A DNA stretch of 62,635 bases, counting the filler, from Sphacelaria rigidula (Eukaryota): the NCBI GenBank assembly GCA_964200075.2. It is 10 parts of 10 records of this genome, joined end to end, with 100 filler letters (N's around TTAATTAATTAA, not from the genome) between each part and the next. Parts side by side here need not be neighbours in the genome. Positions count along the whole stretch, not along the records: positions 37,644 to 43,816 come from CAXNAA020021744.1; positions 43,917 to 50,089 come from CAXNAA020021745.1; 8 more parts are not named here. One strand, written 5' to 3'. This document shows, piece by piece, positions 37,544 to 50,089 of the stretch. The position numbers and the translations under genes were made by a program. Under the pieces are notes generated by a model. It did no database searches. It saw only the letters and a program-made list of their open reading frames with translations, and was not told the origin of the DNA. How positions within the stretch are numbered: the first letter of the stretch is position 1; each line of letters opens with the position of its first letter.

Positions 37544-39523
37544 NNNNNNNNNNNNNNNNNNNNNNNNNNNNNNNNNNNNNNNNNNNNTTAATTAATTAAN
37601 NNNNNNNNNNNNNNNNNNNNNNNNNNNNNNNNNNNNNNNNNNNCTGCACACTGTTGAAAGCTTCATGGGTGAGTTGACTGTTTCGTCTTCGGTAAGACGA
37701 ACAACGCGCTGTCCGTTGCTGCGACACCCCTGCTGGTGCCGTGCGTTGGGCGCCTGTACTGTACCGTGCTGTTGTACTGTGTTCGGTGTACAACACTGTA
37801 TTATCTGATACTGTGGTTGTCTGAAACGCGCTACGAGTTAGACCGCACAACAGTTGGTTTTAGACTACTCCCCTGGTGATTCCCAAGCAAAATGGAGCGG
37901 CATGATTGGTAAGTCACCGAGCGATCGGTCCCGCTCCAAATGCAGTCTGCCATTTGATGCTGGTTTTATATACCAAGAGATGGAGGTAGCCCGCCTGCAT
38001 GAAACTCGTCATAGCTCACTTGCTGTGCGAAACATCGGTCGCTGTACTGCCTACTTTCCCCGGTTGTACGGCATGTGCCGTACAGCAAAGTATACACTTC
38101 TTACAGAGATGCGAAACAAAATCAGTAATATATTTGAGTTGTTGGACATTCGACACCGCGTTATATATATAAACAGGAAATGTTGCAACGACATGTTTTC
38201 GGACTCCATGCGTCATCACCACACTGCATGGAGCCCATCCCACTTTTCCTATTCGCTGGGCTCCCATGAACCGCAAGTGGCTGCCTCCCGGAAAACCAAC
38301 TGGATGTAGAAATATGAACAGGTGTGAAATGAAGCTATCTTTTCCATGTTCAATTGAAGCTATGAAAAGTGGTGGCTTTCGAAACTTAGGAGCCTAGCTA
38401 GCGTATTGTGGCGGCGAGGACTTCCTGATTTGGGGTCAAAATCAACAGTGTGAAATATTCCGAAACTCATATTTACGATTGAAAATTGGAAAAAAAATGC
38501 CTATCTGAGGAAAGCGATCTCTCTTGCCTTGTCACCGTTTTCTAATTTCAAAACAGGAACCTAAATGTCTCTGAGTTTTCCTCGCCAGAAACTCTTTGGG
38601 CTGACTCTGCTGCTCATACTACACCTTATTCCATGATGGGGATGATCTCGGCATGGTGTCAGCCGTTGTTGGGAACCGAAACTGCGCACCAAGGGATGGG
38701 GCATTCTTCTCTCGTTCACCGGGAGGGAAAGGGTAGCCTATTCAACCAAGATAAAACCCCTACCCAGCCCTCCTCGACGGTAGATCATGCTTACATCATC
38801 CTCAACATTTGGTGTAAAAAGTACGAGGGTCGGATGAATAATTGCAATGTCTGAAGATTACTCGCTTTTAGTGCAATTGATTCGTACCGTACGAATCAAT
38901 CCTTGTGCTTTGTTTTCAGCATTGCACCCCAAGCACGCGCACTCCTGGCACGTGGAATAGCGCAAATTTTGCACCGAGTCGTTTTTGATCCGCGGTCAAC
39001 ATTTTCATCTATTTCCGAGCAAAAGGGCCTCAGAAGTAATAGCTTTACTGATTCGAACCAGTGATGGTTTGTCTGACCCCTGAAAAGGCACATACGGTTC
39101 CATGGGGCTGGCAAATACGCGGGCGCATGATAAGCAGCGATGTACGATACTTCAGATGTAAATACAAAATAAGTCGAGAGGGAAAGGAATTGAAAATGCT
39201 GTTATAATACGGGGGCGTTCGCACCCATCTGCTGCGAGACCCCCAGAGAGCACGGTGCAAATCGTGGGCGTTTCCCAAGGCGCAACGATCTAGGGACTAG
39301 GGTGCTACAGAACGGCTTTAAAAGGCGGATGTCTCGAACGGAACTAGCAAAGGCTACGGCTCGAATGACAGGACCCGCCTGGACAAACACATATCCGACA
39401 ACAAGTCTCCGGTCGTCGGCTTTTAGCCGCACACAGCAGGATGATTACCAGTTACCGAGACAATCGGTGAGCAAAAAAATGGAAGCACAGCACCCGCCTA
39501 TCTCCTATTCTTGAACGACTCAC

Positions 39524-39740
39524 CAGTCCGCTTGCAGCGTGCGCCACAGCTGCCGCCTGGTCTCCCCGCTCCGGCCCCGTAGCAAGCCAAGCGATCATGA
39601 TACCAGCCAGTTGCAGTTTTGGTCTGCGGTGTTGCAAGACGCTGCAGTCGTATTTGCGTACGAAAAGCCAACGAAACAGAAGAACATAATAGTATTAGGG
39701 CGAGTACCTGAGTCGGCAATAGACATCGATCTTGTCTCAT
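39524..39740 (-). CDS. Candidate first exon with signal-peptide-like N-terminus, divergent from UTP20
   Basis: ATG at 39740, hydrophobic VLALILLCSSVSLA followed by F, and a strong GTGAGT donor at 39523. Downstream exons were not established. Confidence 0.35.
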
Positions 39741-40282
39741 GCTGTGACACCCAGTATGAACCGTAAGCCTGTGGAGATACCCAGCTCACCACGGTCGCAT
39801 GATGCAAACGAGAGGGGACACGTTTGTTTTTTCTTCGTCACAGTAGTATATATTTTCAGACCCGAAATTGGTAAGCAAAATCAAGAAGAACACAAGCATC
39901 GATATCAATTCACGTCGAGGAATTTTTTCTAGTAAAAAGATACTTCACTATTCATCCAAGTTTGCTAGCAGAGAATGCTGAATATTAAGCGGTGATGGTA
40001 CCTAGATCTATCAGATAGGAAAAATCGATAAGAAGAGTATGACGTGAAAGTGCCGCGGAACTTTTCGACGACATAAAGCTCACAGTCCCGCATAGCCATT
40101 TGTGTAACGGCGCAGGCAAGCGCGTCTGGCTGCCGGTGCGCAGCGTAACGGTTCATTCATCGCCGCCACCAGCTACAACCAGTGATCCTGTTCCCTTGTT
40201 ACCTTTTCAAGGTATCAAAAAGTTCTTATACCGTACCGTTGTCCCGGCTTCTTGACGCTGGTGGCAGCACTGGATCGTAGCC

Positions 40283-40537
40283 ATGGATAACAGATACGGT
40301 GCTGGTATGAAAGGGCTGAACACCAGCGGCGGCTCCAATCGATTCAAGTTCCAGGGCAAGCAGAATCGGGCAAAGCTTGTAGATGTGGACGTTGCGCATA
40401 AGGTTCGTGCGGAGGGGTTCCTGGATGCAGACAAGGCGCACGAGCCGGAGGTGGAAGGGGGGTCGTTTTTCCAGCAGGAGTTGGACCGGTGCAAGGAGTT
40501 GAACGTCACTCCGCCATTCAAGCGTTTTTATTACAAG
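40283..40537 (+). CDS. UTP20: U3 snoRNP/SSU processome component UTP20, exon 1
   Basis: NRFKFQ...VDVDVAHKV...SFFQQELDRCKELNVTPPFKRFYYK matches the UTP20 N-terminus (RF...IDI.HR...YF.E.L.KW.ELN....F..FY). GT donor at 40538. Confidence 0.9.
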
Positions 40538-41365
40538 GTGTGGGCACGGTGTACATGTTACAAGTAGAAAATCAACTAATATAGGGTTCATCGTGGCACG
40601 AGGTATACCCTGAGGCGTTCTGCATCGTATCTTAGCGTCTACGTTACCTTTGCATTCTCTCAGCCAACCGCGTCAAGTAGGGGTTATCGCGGGCTGCTAT
40701 GCTGAATTTGCTGTACATCAACTTGCTGTAGAATCAACTGGGTGTTAACAACGGACAGGTCCTGTGTGCATGATACCAACCCCCCACACATGGACTTCTC
40801 GGGAGGTGGGCCAATAGATATGAAGGCGTTGGCACTGCAACGTTCAGGGGGTTTTGCTCTGTACGGTACCATTATTTCATTGTATTATGCCGCAGGATCG
40901 TGATTGAGTAGGCCGTTGTGCACCAAAATTCGCGCATGATGGTTATTTGATGATGATTATCATGATGTGTTTGCGATACCAGATGACTGCAGACCACGTC
41001 ATACAGGGACCGGGTTGCGCATCAGGTTGCAAAATGTTATTCCTTGACGACTTCAGTGCTACCATCCCCCACTGACGTTATCACGCCGATTTTGTCATGC
41101 CAGTTCTGCAGTGTTCCTGTTATGAGCTCTATTTTTTCTCCCTCAAACTCGGGAAGGCAACCTCAACCCTCAAGCGACCCGGCAGGGAAAAGAAGTACAG
41201 GCATGTCGGGTACATCGAGTACACCAAAGTTGAATAACCACTGTTGTGTTTACGCAAAATAACTCCGAGTGGCGTGGGCGTGCATTGCCTCCTAGGATGT
41301 CACAGATAAACTCTGCTAAATTCTCGCATGCTCTTGTATTCCGATTTCATGTGTGTGCGCTCCAG

Positions 41366-41467
41366 GCTTGGCCACTGGTTCAATCCCTGCCGGAGCTCTT
41401 GCATCATTCTCCGACGGTGGTGACGATGCTGCTAGCGTTGCTGGAAGACTCTTCCGTTGCGATCCAG
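41366..41467 (+). CDS. UTP20: UTP20 exon 2
   Basis: CAG/GTAAGC boundaries, phase 0; AWPLVQSLPELLHH corresponds to the QSxxQLxxH segment of UTP20. Confidence 0.88.
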
Positions 41468-42801
41468 GTAAGCACGAATGGGTTGTTTTTTTCGTCCACG
41501 TAATGCGTGGGGTAGTTTTTTTGCATACCTTGTAGCCTTCATCTGCAGGCCTATAACTGCTCTGTTACAGTGGGTGATCGCCATCAAGTATCCCCCGAGG
41601 AATCGTTCCAACGCCTCCCCAGCACGCCCAGGGGTTCAGGTGCGGCGTTACGCCCAATAATGTCATCCGGTACCTGCTTTTTTGTAGTGGGAGACCCACA
41701 GCTGTTCCGTGCACTTGCAAAATGTCCTATATGATGAGATGGTCACCGGAAGGCGCATGCTTTGAGTAGGGCCAATGCCCTCCGTGGCTGAACCATGCGT
41801 CAGGTCACCCATCATACTCTCTAGATGCACGAAGGTATGGAGAGGCGCGATCTGCTGCTGGAAGAAAATAGTTCTGATTTACTTTTTATGAGGTGTCGGG
41901 CGCAGAGTGATTGCAGCACAACAAGAAGAATAACCTTCGCAACATCCTGTCTCCATAAACGACCACCGTAATCAACGTGCTGCCGCTCACGGGAAGGGCA
42001 CCAATTGTTCAAGATACGCACTTCCCTGGATATTTTTGCCGGCGCGGTTTGACCTTCGCATTGGTGACTACTCCCACGAAATGTACCCTACGATTGTCAT
42101 CATCATGACCAATCGCACGCCGCTCTACTGACATCATTCAACATCTATTACTTCTCTTGAAAAATTAGTTGTCAAAACGCCAGGTTTTGTCATCGTTCGA
42201 CATGCTTATGTAACCACATGCCCCCTTTTTTGTTTCGAAAATTTGGAAAATGGCACGAGAGCACTTCGTTCTCATCGCCGACCAAACATCGTTCTTGTAT
42301 TAACAACACGACCGCCGAGACGACGGGGCTTGTTTTCCGCACCAATAGTTTTCTTGCCTACCCAAAGGGCCTTCTCTTCTGCTGCACAAAACTGTTGTGA
42401 AAGTACGTATATTCATTACCGATTGCATTTAGTCACTGATCAGCATGCTGCTGTGACAAATATAACGCGGCCGTGTCTCATTTTTTCTCCTCGACCAAGG
42501 ACGTGCCCTCTAGACACATGACTGCCCGTTAGATATATCTGATTTGCCTCACCAAGCGACTTCTTGCCGACCGACACGGGCTTCCCTTTTGCAGCACGAA
42601 TTGTTTTCGAAAGCACATGTTCTCATCGCTGACCGTATGCTTTCATAGCCACCGATCAGCATGCTGCCGTGACACAATTGATGCTGCTACCAGATACCTC
42701 GTTGTTTCTCTGCGACCAAAACCCTGCCCTGAAGAAAAATCTGTTGCCATCAATTCGTCGCTTTTACAACGAATTAATTATTTCTTTTATAACGCACGCA
42801 G

Positions 42802-43296
42802 GCTGGCCAAGAAGCCCTGCAGCTACTCTCCGTGCTCGGCCGTGACCTACAGACTTCATTCTTCCCTCACTTTCCGCGTGTGTCAAGCGTCTTGGTGACC
42901 CTCATAGACGGAATGGACGTTGCCCCAGAGGCGTGCGGACGCGTCTTGTGCTGCCTTGGTTTCCTCCTCAAGTTCTGCGCGCGTCCTTTGGCAAAGGACA
43001 TGAGTGCCGTGCGTGCCCTGTATGCCCCGCTGTTGGGCCACCGAAAGGATTTCGCCCGTAAGATGGCTGCTCAGTCACTGGCGCCTGCGGTGCGCCGCTT
43101 AAAGCCTAAAGTAATGCGACGACACACGAAACAGTTGGTCGAGGCGCTGTCCGCTGGTAGTTCGGCGGCGGTGGCAGGAGAAGCGGAGGCCGGGGGCGGG
43201 TCCGGCGGTGCCAGGCTGAGGGCAGACACCCTTGACGGGTGCAGCCAGTTGCTCTTTTTTGCTGCCAAGGGCGTGCATGGTCGCACTCATTCTCAG
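42802..43296 (+). CDS. UTP20: UTP20 exon 3 (gene continues beyond contig)
   Basis: LLSVLGRDLQTSFFPHF...LGFLLKF...LLGHRKDFARKMAAQSLA matches UTP20 HEAT repeats (LARDL..DFYPHF...LLAHKK.HIR.FAAES). CAG/GTGAGG boundaries. Confidence 0.92.
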
Positions 43297-44255
43297 GTGA
43301 GGGGTGCTGCGTCGGTGTGTCGGATCTTTTTCCAGAGGGATGATTGATGTTGTGTGTGTTTTCGTTTTTTATTATTTTACGGATAGCAGCAGGTAGGACG
43401 TATCATGGAGGAGTTTCGCTGCGGGTGAGTTTGCTTCTTTTTTTTTTGCCGTAGGTGTTGCCGCGTGATGGTTGTGCGCGCGCAATCCCAGCAGTTCGCG
43501 CTCTCGGCAGCATGTTTACTTAGCATTGTGGTGCACGGAGTTTACAGGAGAACTAGTCCCAGTTGTCAGCGGGTTGTGTGCTTCCACGACGTTCGGTATG
43601 CTCGGGTTGACATCGTTACCCATCGTGCTCCAGGAAGTCCCATGTGCTGATCGGTATCGTCAGCCGTGGTTCGCACTATACTGTTTGACATTACGCACGA
43701 TACGAAGGTACCGCTGTATATGACATGAAACTATGCATACCCCCACCCCCCGTCTTGCCCGCGTGCGAAACATCACTGCCATCCCGGGGGTGGACGGCTG
43801 CTCCGGCCCTCGCCCCNNNNNNNNNNNNNNNNNNNNNNNNNNNNNNNNNNNNNNNNNNNNTTAATTAATTAANNNNNNNNNNNNNNNNNNNNNNNNNNNN
43901 NNNNNNNNNNNNNNNNGTACCATCATGTACCACCACAAGGCATTATCATGTACTGTACTGATGAAGTGTCCTACACTGTATTACCCTAGGGTATCAAGGT
44001 ACGACACTATACTCGAAGGATCGTTTGATTGTTCACCGCCTGCCTGCTCTTCGGCTTCATGCACGAGAACGCAGAACGACTCTCATGCAAAAAATGACCG
44101 TCTGTGTACAGAACCGTTTCACAGATCTGTGACACTGTACCGTCTGTGCCATAAAATGGTCACCCCGATGTTGAGTACACGAATTTGAGTCCCTCCGATT
44201 TTTTCAAAATCGGGGTCCAAAAACATCGGGATTCGTTTGCCATAAAAGTGGGTCT

Positions 44256-45192
44256 TAGGCCTACTCTTATGGGAGCCGTTCAAGATTCTTGTCGAAAACT
44301 GCCTTTTGGGTGCTTCTCTGTTGATTTACGCTCGAAAAGAGGGCTAGGCAGATTATGGCGCCTTGGAATGACTTGCTTGTTGAGACCGTTCTAGGGCAAC
44401 TCTACATTTCCCGCTGGCCGCACTTTTGTTTTTGACCAAATCAGGCCAAACACGATTTTTCAGTAAGAAACGGTCAGGTGATCAGAATCTCTCTCGGTAT
44501 TTTGATCGCTTGACCGTTTTTCATTAAAAATCCGTGTTCGGCCAAAAATAAAAGTGCAGCCAGTGGGAAATGCAAAGTTGCCCTGGAACGGTCTCAACGA
44601 CCAAGAGCAAATCATTCCAGGGCGTCAACATCCGCCAAGCCCTCTTTTCAGGCGTAAAACGACGGAGAAGATTCAAAGAGGTAGTTCAAGGCAGAAATTT
44701 TGGACGACTCCCATTAGGCCAACTCTTATGGGAGCCGTTCAAGATTCCTGTCAAAAACTGCCTTTTGAGCCCTTCGCCGTCGATTTACGCTCGAAAAGAG
44801 GGCTAGGCAGATGTTGACGCCTTGGAATGACTTGCTCTTGACCGTTGAGACCGTTCCAGGGCAACTCTGCATTTCCCGCTGGCCGCACTTTTGTCCTCGA
44901 CCAAATCAGGCCAAACACGAATTTTCAGTGAAAAGCGGTCAGGTGATCAAAATCTCTCTCGGTATTTTGATCGCTTGACCGTTTTTCATTAAAAATCCGT
45001 GTTCGGCCAAAAATAAAAGTGCAGCCAGTGGGAAATGCAAAGTTGCCCTGAACAGTCTCAAAGAGTAGAGCAAGTCATTCCCAGGCGTCAGTATCCGCCT
45101 AGCCCTCTTTTCAGGCGTGAAACGACGGAGAAGGGCCAAAAAGGCACTTTTAAGAAGGAATTTTGAACGGCTCCCATTAGAGTCGGTCCTAC
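44256..45192. mobile_element. Tandem dimer of a ~460-bp palindromic MITE
   Basis: Units at ~44256-44714 and ~44715-45192, each an almost full-length palindrome starting (T)TAGGCC(T/A)ACTCTTATGGGAGCCGTTC. Confidence 0.9.
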
Positions 45193-48085
45193 AGACGGTT
45201 TTATCGTATTTTGTATTTTCATATTTTTGCGTTTTTGCGTTGTTTTGTTCCGATCGCCAACAAACGGTTTAATTAGTGGTTGTTGCAAATTTTTGCTATC
45301 TGTGACTTGCAGTCAAAAATTGTGGATTACAACGAGATAATTTATTAATGCTTGATCGATTTCCGTCACATTTCCCCCCAGAGTTCCTTTCTGGCCTCAG
45401 ACGGAGACAACGCAGGTAAGGGTGCGTGTAAATATGTGGGTGAGTTGCTGTTGAGGAACTACTCGTGTAAGGATGCAGATGTGCTGCAGCTTGCATGCGT
45501 GGATTAAAAGTGTAAACGCTTTTGCACGGGCACACATGTGCAGCGCAGTATGGCAGGTACGGCGATATTCCAAGATAGGATACCAAGGATCGGACGAATA
45601 ATGATTTGTCTGGAAATTACTTGGTTTTAGTACTTGATAATTTATTCGACTCGTACGAATCAATCCCTAGGTTTTGTTTTCAGCGTTGCAGCCCAGGTAC
45701 ACGCAGCCCAGACACGTGGAATGGCGCAAAAGTTGCGTGGATACCCTTTGAACCAGCGGTCAACTTTTTTCTCGTTTTTGGGCAATCAGGCCGAATAAAT
45801 CGTGAACTTGGTGATTCTTAGTCGTAATGATTCGTCCTAACCGTGCAGGATACCGTGGTTTCAGATTCCCCCGTCTCGCGATACTAATTTTTTTACCGCG
45901 TAGGTACGTATTCATCCGGCCCTGTACCGTCCGTACTGTGTATTCGGCAAAGGAGACACCGACGTACCGCAGGATTCACCAATGCAAAAAAAACTGCACC
46001 GTTACATACCGCGTTGTACAGATACCAAAAACCGCGCGCTTCTCGGTGATACCTCGAAAGCAACGGACCATACAGCGTACACAAAAGAATTGAAAAAAAA
46101 ACAACCGGTTGCAAGGAGAGCCCTGGTATTTTCGGCTTGATCCGTCTTCACCTTGGCCCTTACCGATCATCCAACGTTTCCTCCCCGAACGTGAAATACA
46201 TTTCTTCATGGACGGGGGCAAGAACATAGAGGAAGGCAGGACTTGGCGAAAAGCACGGGAACCTGGTTTGGAGAGTGCGGGATACTCGGAGAATAAATGT
46301 AAATGCACCAGCGCACGGGGTCGCCCGAAACAGGAACACTATACTGCCCCCCGCCCCTGCATCCCCGCAACCCGGCCGCCCCCTACAAAATAACCTGCAA
46401 CCGCTGCGCTTGAAGCACGCTGGACGAAATTCCTACTTCCAAAAATCACAGTGTATGCAATGCTGCGGAGTCCCGAATATGCGGCATACAAACACACGGA
46501 GGCGCGCCTATGGGGGACAGGCCGCGCCAAAACTAAACAAATTGGAAGGGAAAGCGAGAGTGCCCCTGCTCGTTCGGTGTTGAACAAGCGGCAACAGGTG
46601 AATGGAAGAGAGCCAGCACAACTCAGTATATTCATGGGACATTTGGAATACGATCCTTGCGAAGTACTTCGAAGTACAGTACAGGATGTGCTTTGAAGTG
46701 AAAGCCCCTCCTCCCCGCCGACACCGTCACACAAGGGCTTCTAACCTCAGAGTAAGTTGCATGCAAAATGCAATGAACAGAAAACTGTTCAACTGCAGAG
46801 AGAATTGGACGGTCACAGCTCCCTTGCCACCCCCCTGAGCAATCTGTGCCAGGCCTCATGTCCCACAACCCGTCTTGTGGACTGTCAAATTGCGAGGAAG
46901 GAACGGTTTGGGTGCACAGTAGAAACACATCAACAACTCCCCCCATCAAGATACACTCGACACCATCGACCCCCATCGCAGTAAACATTGGAGGTGACGC
47001 AAGTGTGGGCGAGGACAGGGGGCGAGGGGAGGAATGATGGTCTTGACACACCAGCAGCTGTTCGTGGAAGTTTGAAGCAGGAGTTCGGGCTGCCGCCCTG
47101 TTCACCGTCTGTATGTGTAGGAAGGGCGCACCTCGAGTCTAATTTCATATTGTATGTCTACTTCTCGAGAGGAGAAATCAAACCTTCAACCCCACTCACT
47201 TTATCCTGCAGCTTCCCACTTGCCCTGCTTGTGAAAAACAGCACAGGACGACTACGACACTGCACTTTCCTAATTCTTCCTCAGCTCCGATTGCTTTAGT
47301 GTTGGCGCCGTGTGCTGCTGCAGTTGTTGTGGCTGGCTGCGTTTGTCGAGTCTCGTCGTGCTGTGGTATGTGTTGTACATACAACCCAAGCGGTCACTTG
47401 CAGAACAGACAGGACCGGGACTGAGTTGTCCAAATGTAGTACAATAATTTTGCATTTTGTTATGTTTCAATATATACCTATGCACCTACGGTCATGATCC
47501 AAGAAGTGATAGCTGCCGTGCGCCGCTGTCGACGTGGTAGTATTCGACAAGAGTGCTTCGAAAACATGACCGCTACGTTCATTTTTTTGTTGTTGCATGC
47601 GTCATTACACGAATATTTACGGTTGTCCTTTATTCAGATCGCTGACTCCACACTTCCCCATTTTGGTAAGGGGGTGATAAAACACGTGACACTAGGTTGA
47701 GCCTACCACTATCTACGAACGCGAAATGATTTAGTACCTACGAGCGCTGTTTTGTCAGCGTGACATCCTTGCTTCGCTTTGCCTGGGACTCTACCGTGCG
47801 TCCGTTTCTCGGCCTGCGGCTATAAAATCTGAAGACCTGATTCGATTGGCTCTTCTGGTGTAAGCACGTTCCGTTTGTTGTTTCAGGTTGCCCCCAAGAG
47901 CCGCAACGACCAGGAGTGAGTTGGACTGGGAGACGGGGAGAACAGGAGTTTGCTCCGTCTAAGCAACAAACACCCTCGACAGCAAGCCAACAAAGCCCCT
48001 ACCAACCTCATTCTTTTTTAGAACGAAGTGCCGTCAAAGCGAGGAAGGCAGAGAAAAGCATCAGCAAGCATCACCCCCTCCTACC

Positions 48086-48286
48086 ATGCCGAAGCACGGG
48101 TTCTTAACACCCAAGGCGATCAGCAACCGCATCAAGGCCAAGGGGTTGCAGAAGCTCAGGTGGTACTGCGAGATGTGCCAAAAGCAATGCCGTGATGAAA
48201 ATGGATTCAAGTGCCACCAGACTAGCGAGGGCCACCTCCGGCAGATGAGAATATTCGCCGAAAACCCGGAGGCCGTCATGAAGGAG
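48086..48286 (+). CDS. KIN17: DNA/RNA-binding protein KIN17, exon 1 (zinc finger)
   Basis: TPKAISNRIKAKGLQKLRWYCEMCQKQCRDENGFKCHQTSEGHLRQM is the conserved KIN17 N-terminus. GT donor at 48287. Confidence 0.97.
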
Positions 48287-48994
48287 GTACGGGTTGGCAA
48301 ACAGCATACCAAGTGTTGGGTTGAACTGGAATCGCTGACAGTTTCGTTCAATATCTGTGCAGACCGCAGGACAGGACACAAGTACAATCAGATGGGGTCA
48401 GCAGTCGGTCTCACAGTTTCCCTGCGATGGAACCTGCTTGATCACTTTGTTGTGATAGACGGTAATCGTCGTCTTCGACCGGATTAACTATGTCCGGGTC
48501 AACACTTTGACTGCGAGGCTCCTTCTGCGGCAGCAGTTTCACGAACAGTCCGGTGGGTGTAGGGACGGGAAGATTGAGTTGTCAATGCGAAGATGTTGCG
48601 GGAGAGTCTAGACAGTGCAGAAGCAGTTATTTTTCTCTCACGTCTATGGAGCTGTGATGCTATGGTTCTTTGAGGATCGATGAAAAGGGGCCTGGGAGCC
48701 ATCACAAGAAAACAAAGACAACTCATAGTTCATCTCATAACATTCCCCGCTTTTCCGTTGTTCCTTACCGATGCACCTCCGCGTGGGACGTCAGATCTTC
48801 CTCTAGCTGTACCGTTCCGAAAAGAAGGAAACAATTTCACCGATAAAACACCTATACAGATGATCCATGAGCATCTCACACATGCGCCCTCTCTCCTTCC
48901 GCCGCCCGCGCCCTCGTATATTATCTGTGATACGGTATACGAATGAAACGTAACAATACGCCCACTGCTGATGGACGGAATAAAAAAAACGCAG

Positions 48995-49165
48995 TACTCG
49001 GAACAATTCGAGCTGGAGTTTCTGGATGTGCTGAGCAGGCGGCACGGCACCAAGCGCGTCCGTGCTTCGTTGGTGTACAACGAATTCATCGCGCACAAGA
49101 CCCACACGCACATGAACTCCACGCAGTGGGAGACTCTGACGTCCTTCGTGCTTTACTTGGGAAAG
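48995..49165 (+). CDS. KIN17: KIN17 exon 2 (winged-helix middle domain)
   Basis: YSEQFELEFLDVLSRRHGTKRV...VYNEFIAHKTHTHMNSTQWETLTSFVLYLGK; CAG/GT boundaries, phase 0. Confidence 0.96.
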
Positions 49166-49857
49166 GTGAACTGAGTTTTTTTTTTGGGGGGGGGGCGAGG
49201 GGACGTTGGTGCAGTGGTTTGATTGAATCGTCGTTATTTGTGCGGAGAACTTCACAATCCCGATGTCCCGTATCGTGGATTGCGTCGCGGGTGAAGAAGT
49301 GAAGAAAACGAAGGAGCAACGGGTAGTATACCGCCACGCCCCTGTGGTCAAAGGGTACAACCGACAGCATCTTTTCGGAAAAGAACGCGGGTTTGCTTCC
49401 CATCAGATACATCTAGTTTAGCTTTTCTTTGAGAGGAGTATATGATCGTTCTTGAAAATGCGAGGACGTGACTAGCAAAACGGGTGTGTTTTGACTGAGC
49501 TTCTTGGACAATGATCGTCGCGGCGCGAGGGGGCTGATCCAATCCGCAATCCCAAAATGTAAGGAGGCCTGTATCGGCGGAGAGATGGGTTGATCCACTG
49601 AGTCCACGGACTCGTCCCGATGAGGAGGAGGGGTTTGAAGTGAGACAAAAGTGAGAGGGGTGAGGGGGGGGGGGGGTTCACCATGTCGGTTCTAATATTT
49701 GCTTTTTTCACCTCTGCTGGATGATACCCCTGCACCACGATATTTGTGTTGGAGCTTGGTACGCGTACATTCGTCGCTAAGATCGCGTACGTGCATACAT
49801 ATGATATGAGATCACGCCTTCACGTTCGTGCATGTTTTTGCCCTCCGATTGCATCAG

Positions 49858-49992
49858 AACGGCAAAGTGGTGGCTGACGAGACGGAAAAGGGCTGGTACA
49901 TCCAGTGGATCGACCGAGATCCGAGATTGCTGGCCATGCAGGAGGCCGCTGCCAGGAGAGAAAAGGCCGATCTTGACGACGAGGAAAAGCAG
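49858..49992 (+). CDS. KIN17: KIN17 exon 3 (gene continues beyond contig)
   Basis: NGKVVADETEKGWYIQWIDRDP...DLDDEEKQ; CAG/GTGAGG boundaries. This frame is not in the ORF track. Confidence 0.95.
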
Positions 49993-50020
49993 GTGAGGAG
50001 TTGAACGCAGGAGCAGGAGA

Positions 50021-50089
50021 GGGGGGGTGTACTCATGATCATGCATGCCATAGTCATGAGACCATAGACCTCGCATCCCTACAAAGCCG
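50021..50089 (+). repeat. High-copy GGGTGTACTCATG repeat in KIN17 intron 3, at contig end
   Basis: gggggggtgtactcatgatcatgcatgccatagtcatgagaccatagacctcgcatccctacaaagccg. Confidence 0.88.

Noticed and set aside
44256..45192. CRISPR array
   Set aside because: Long palindromic units with no short repeat-spacer periodicity, in eukaryotic DNA with no cas genes.
40283..49992. UTP20-KIN17 functional gene cluster
   Set aside because: The two genes lie on different contigs joined by an artificial spacer.
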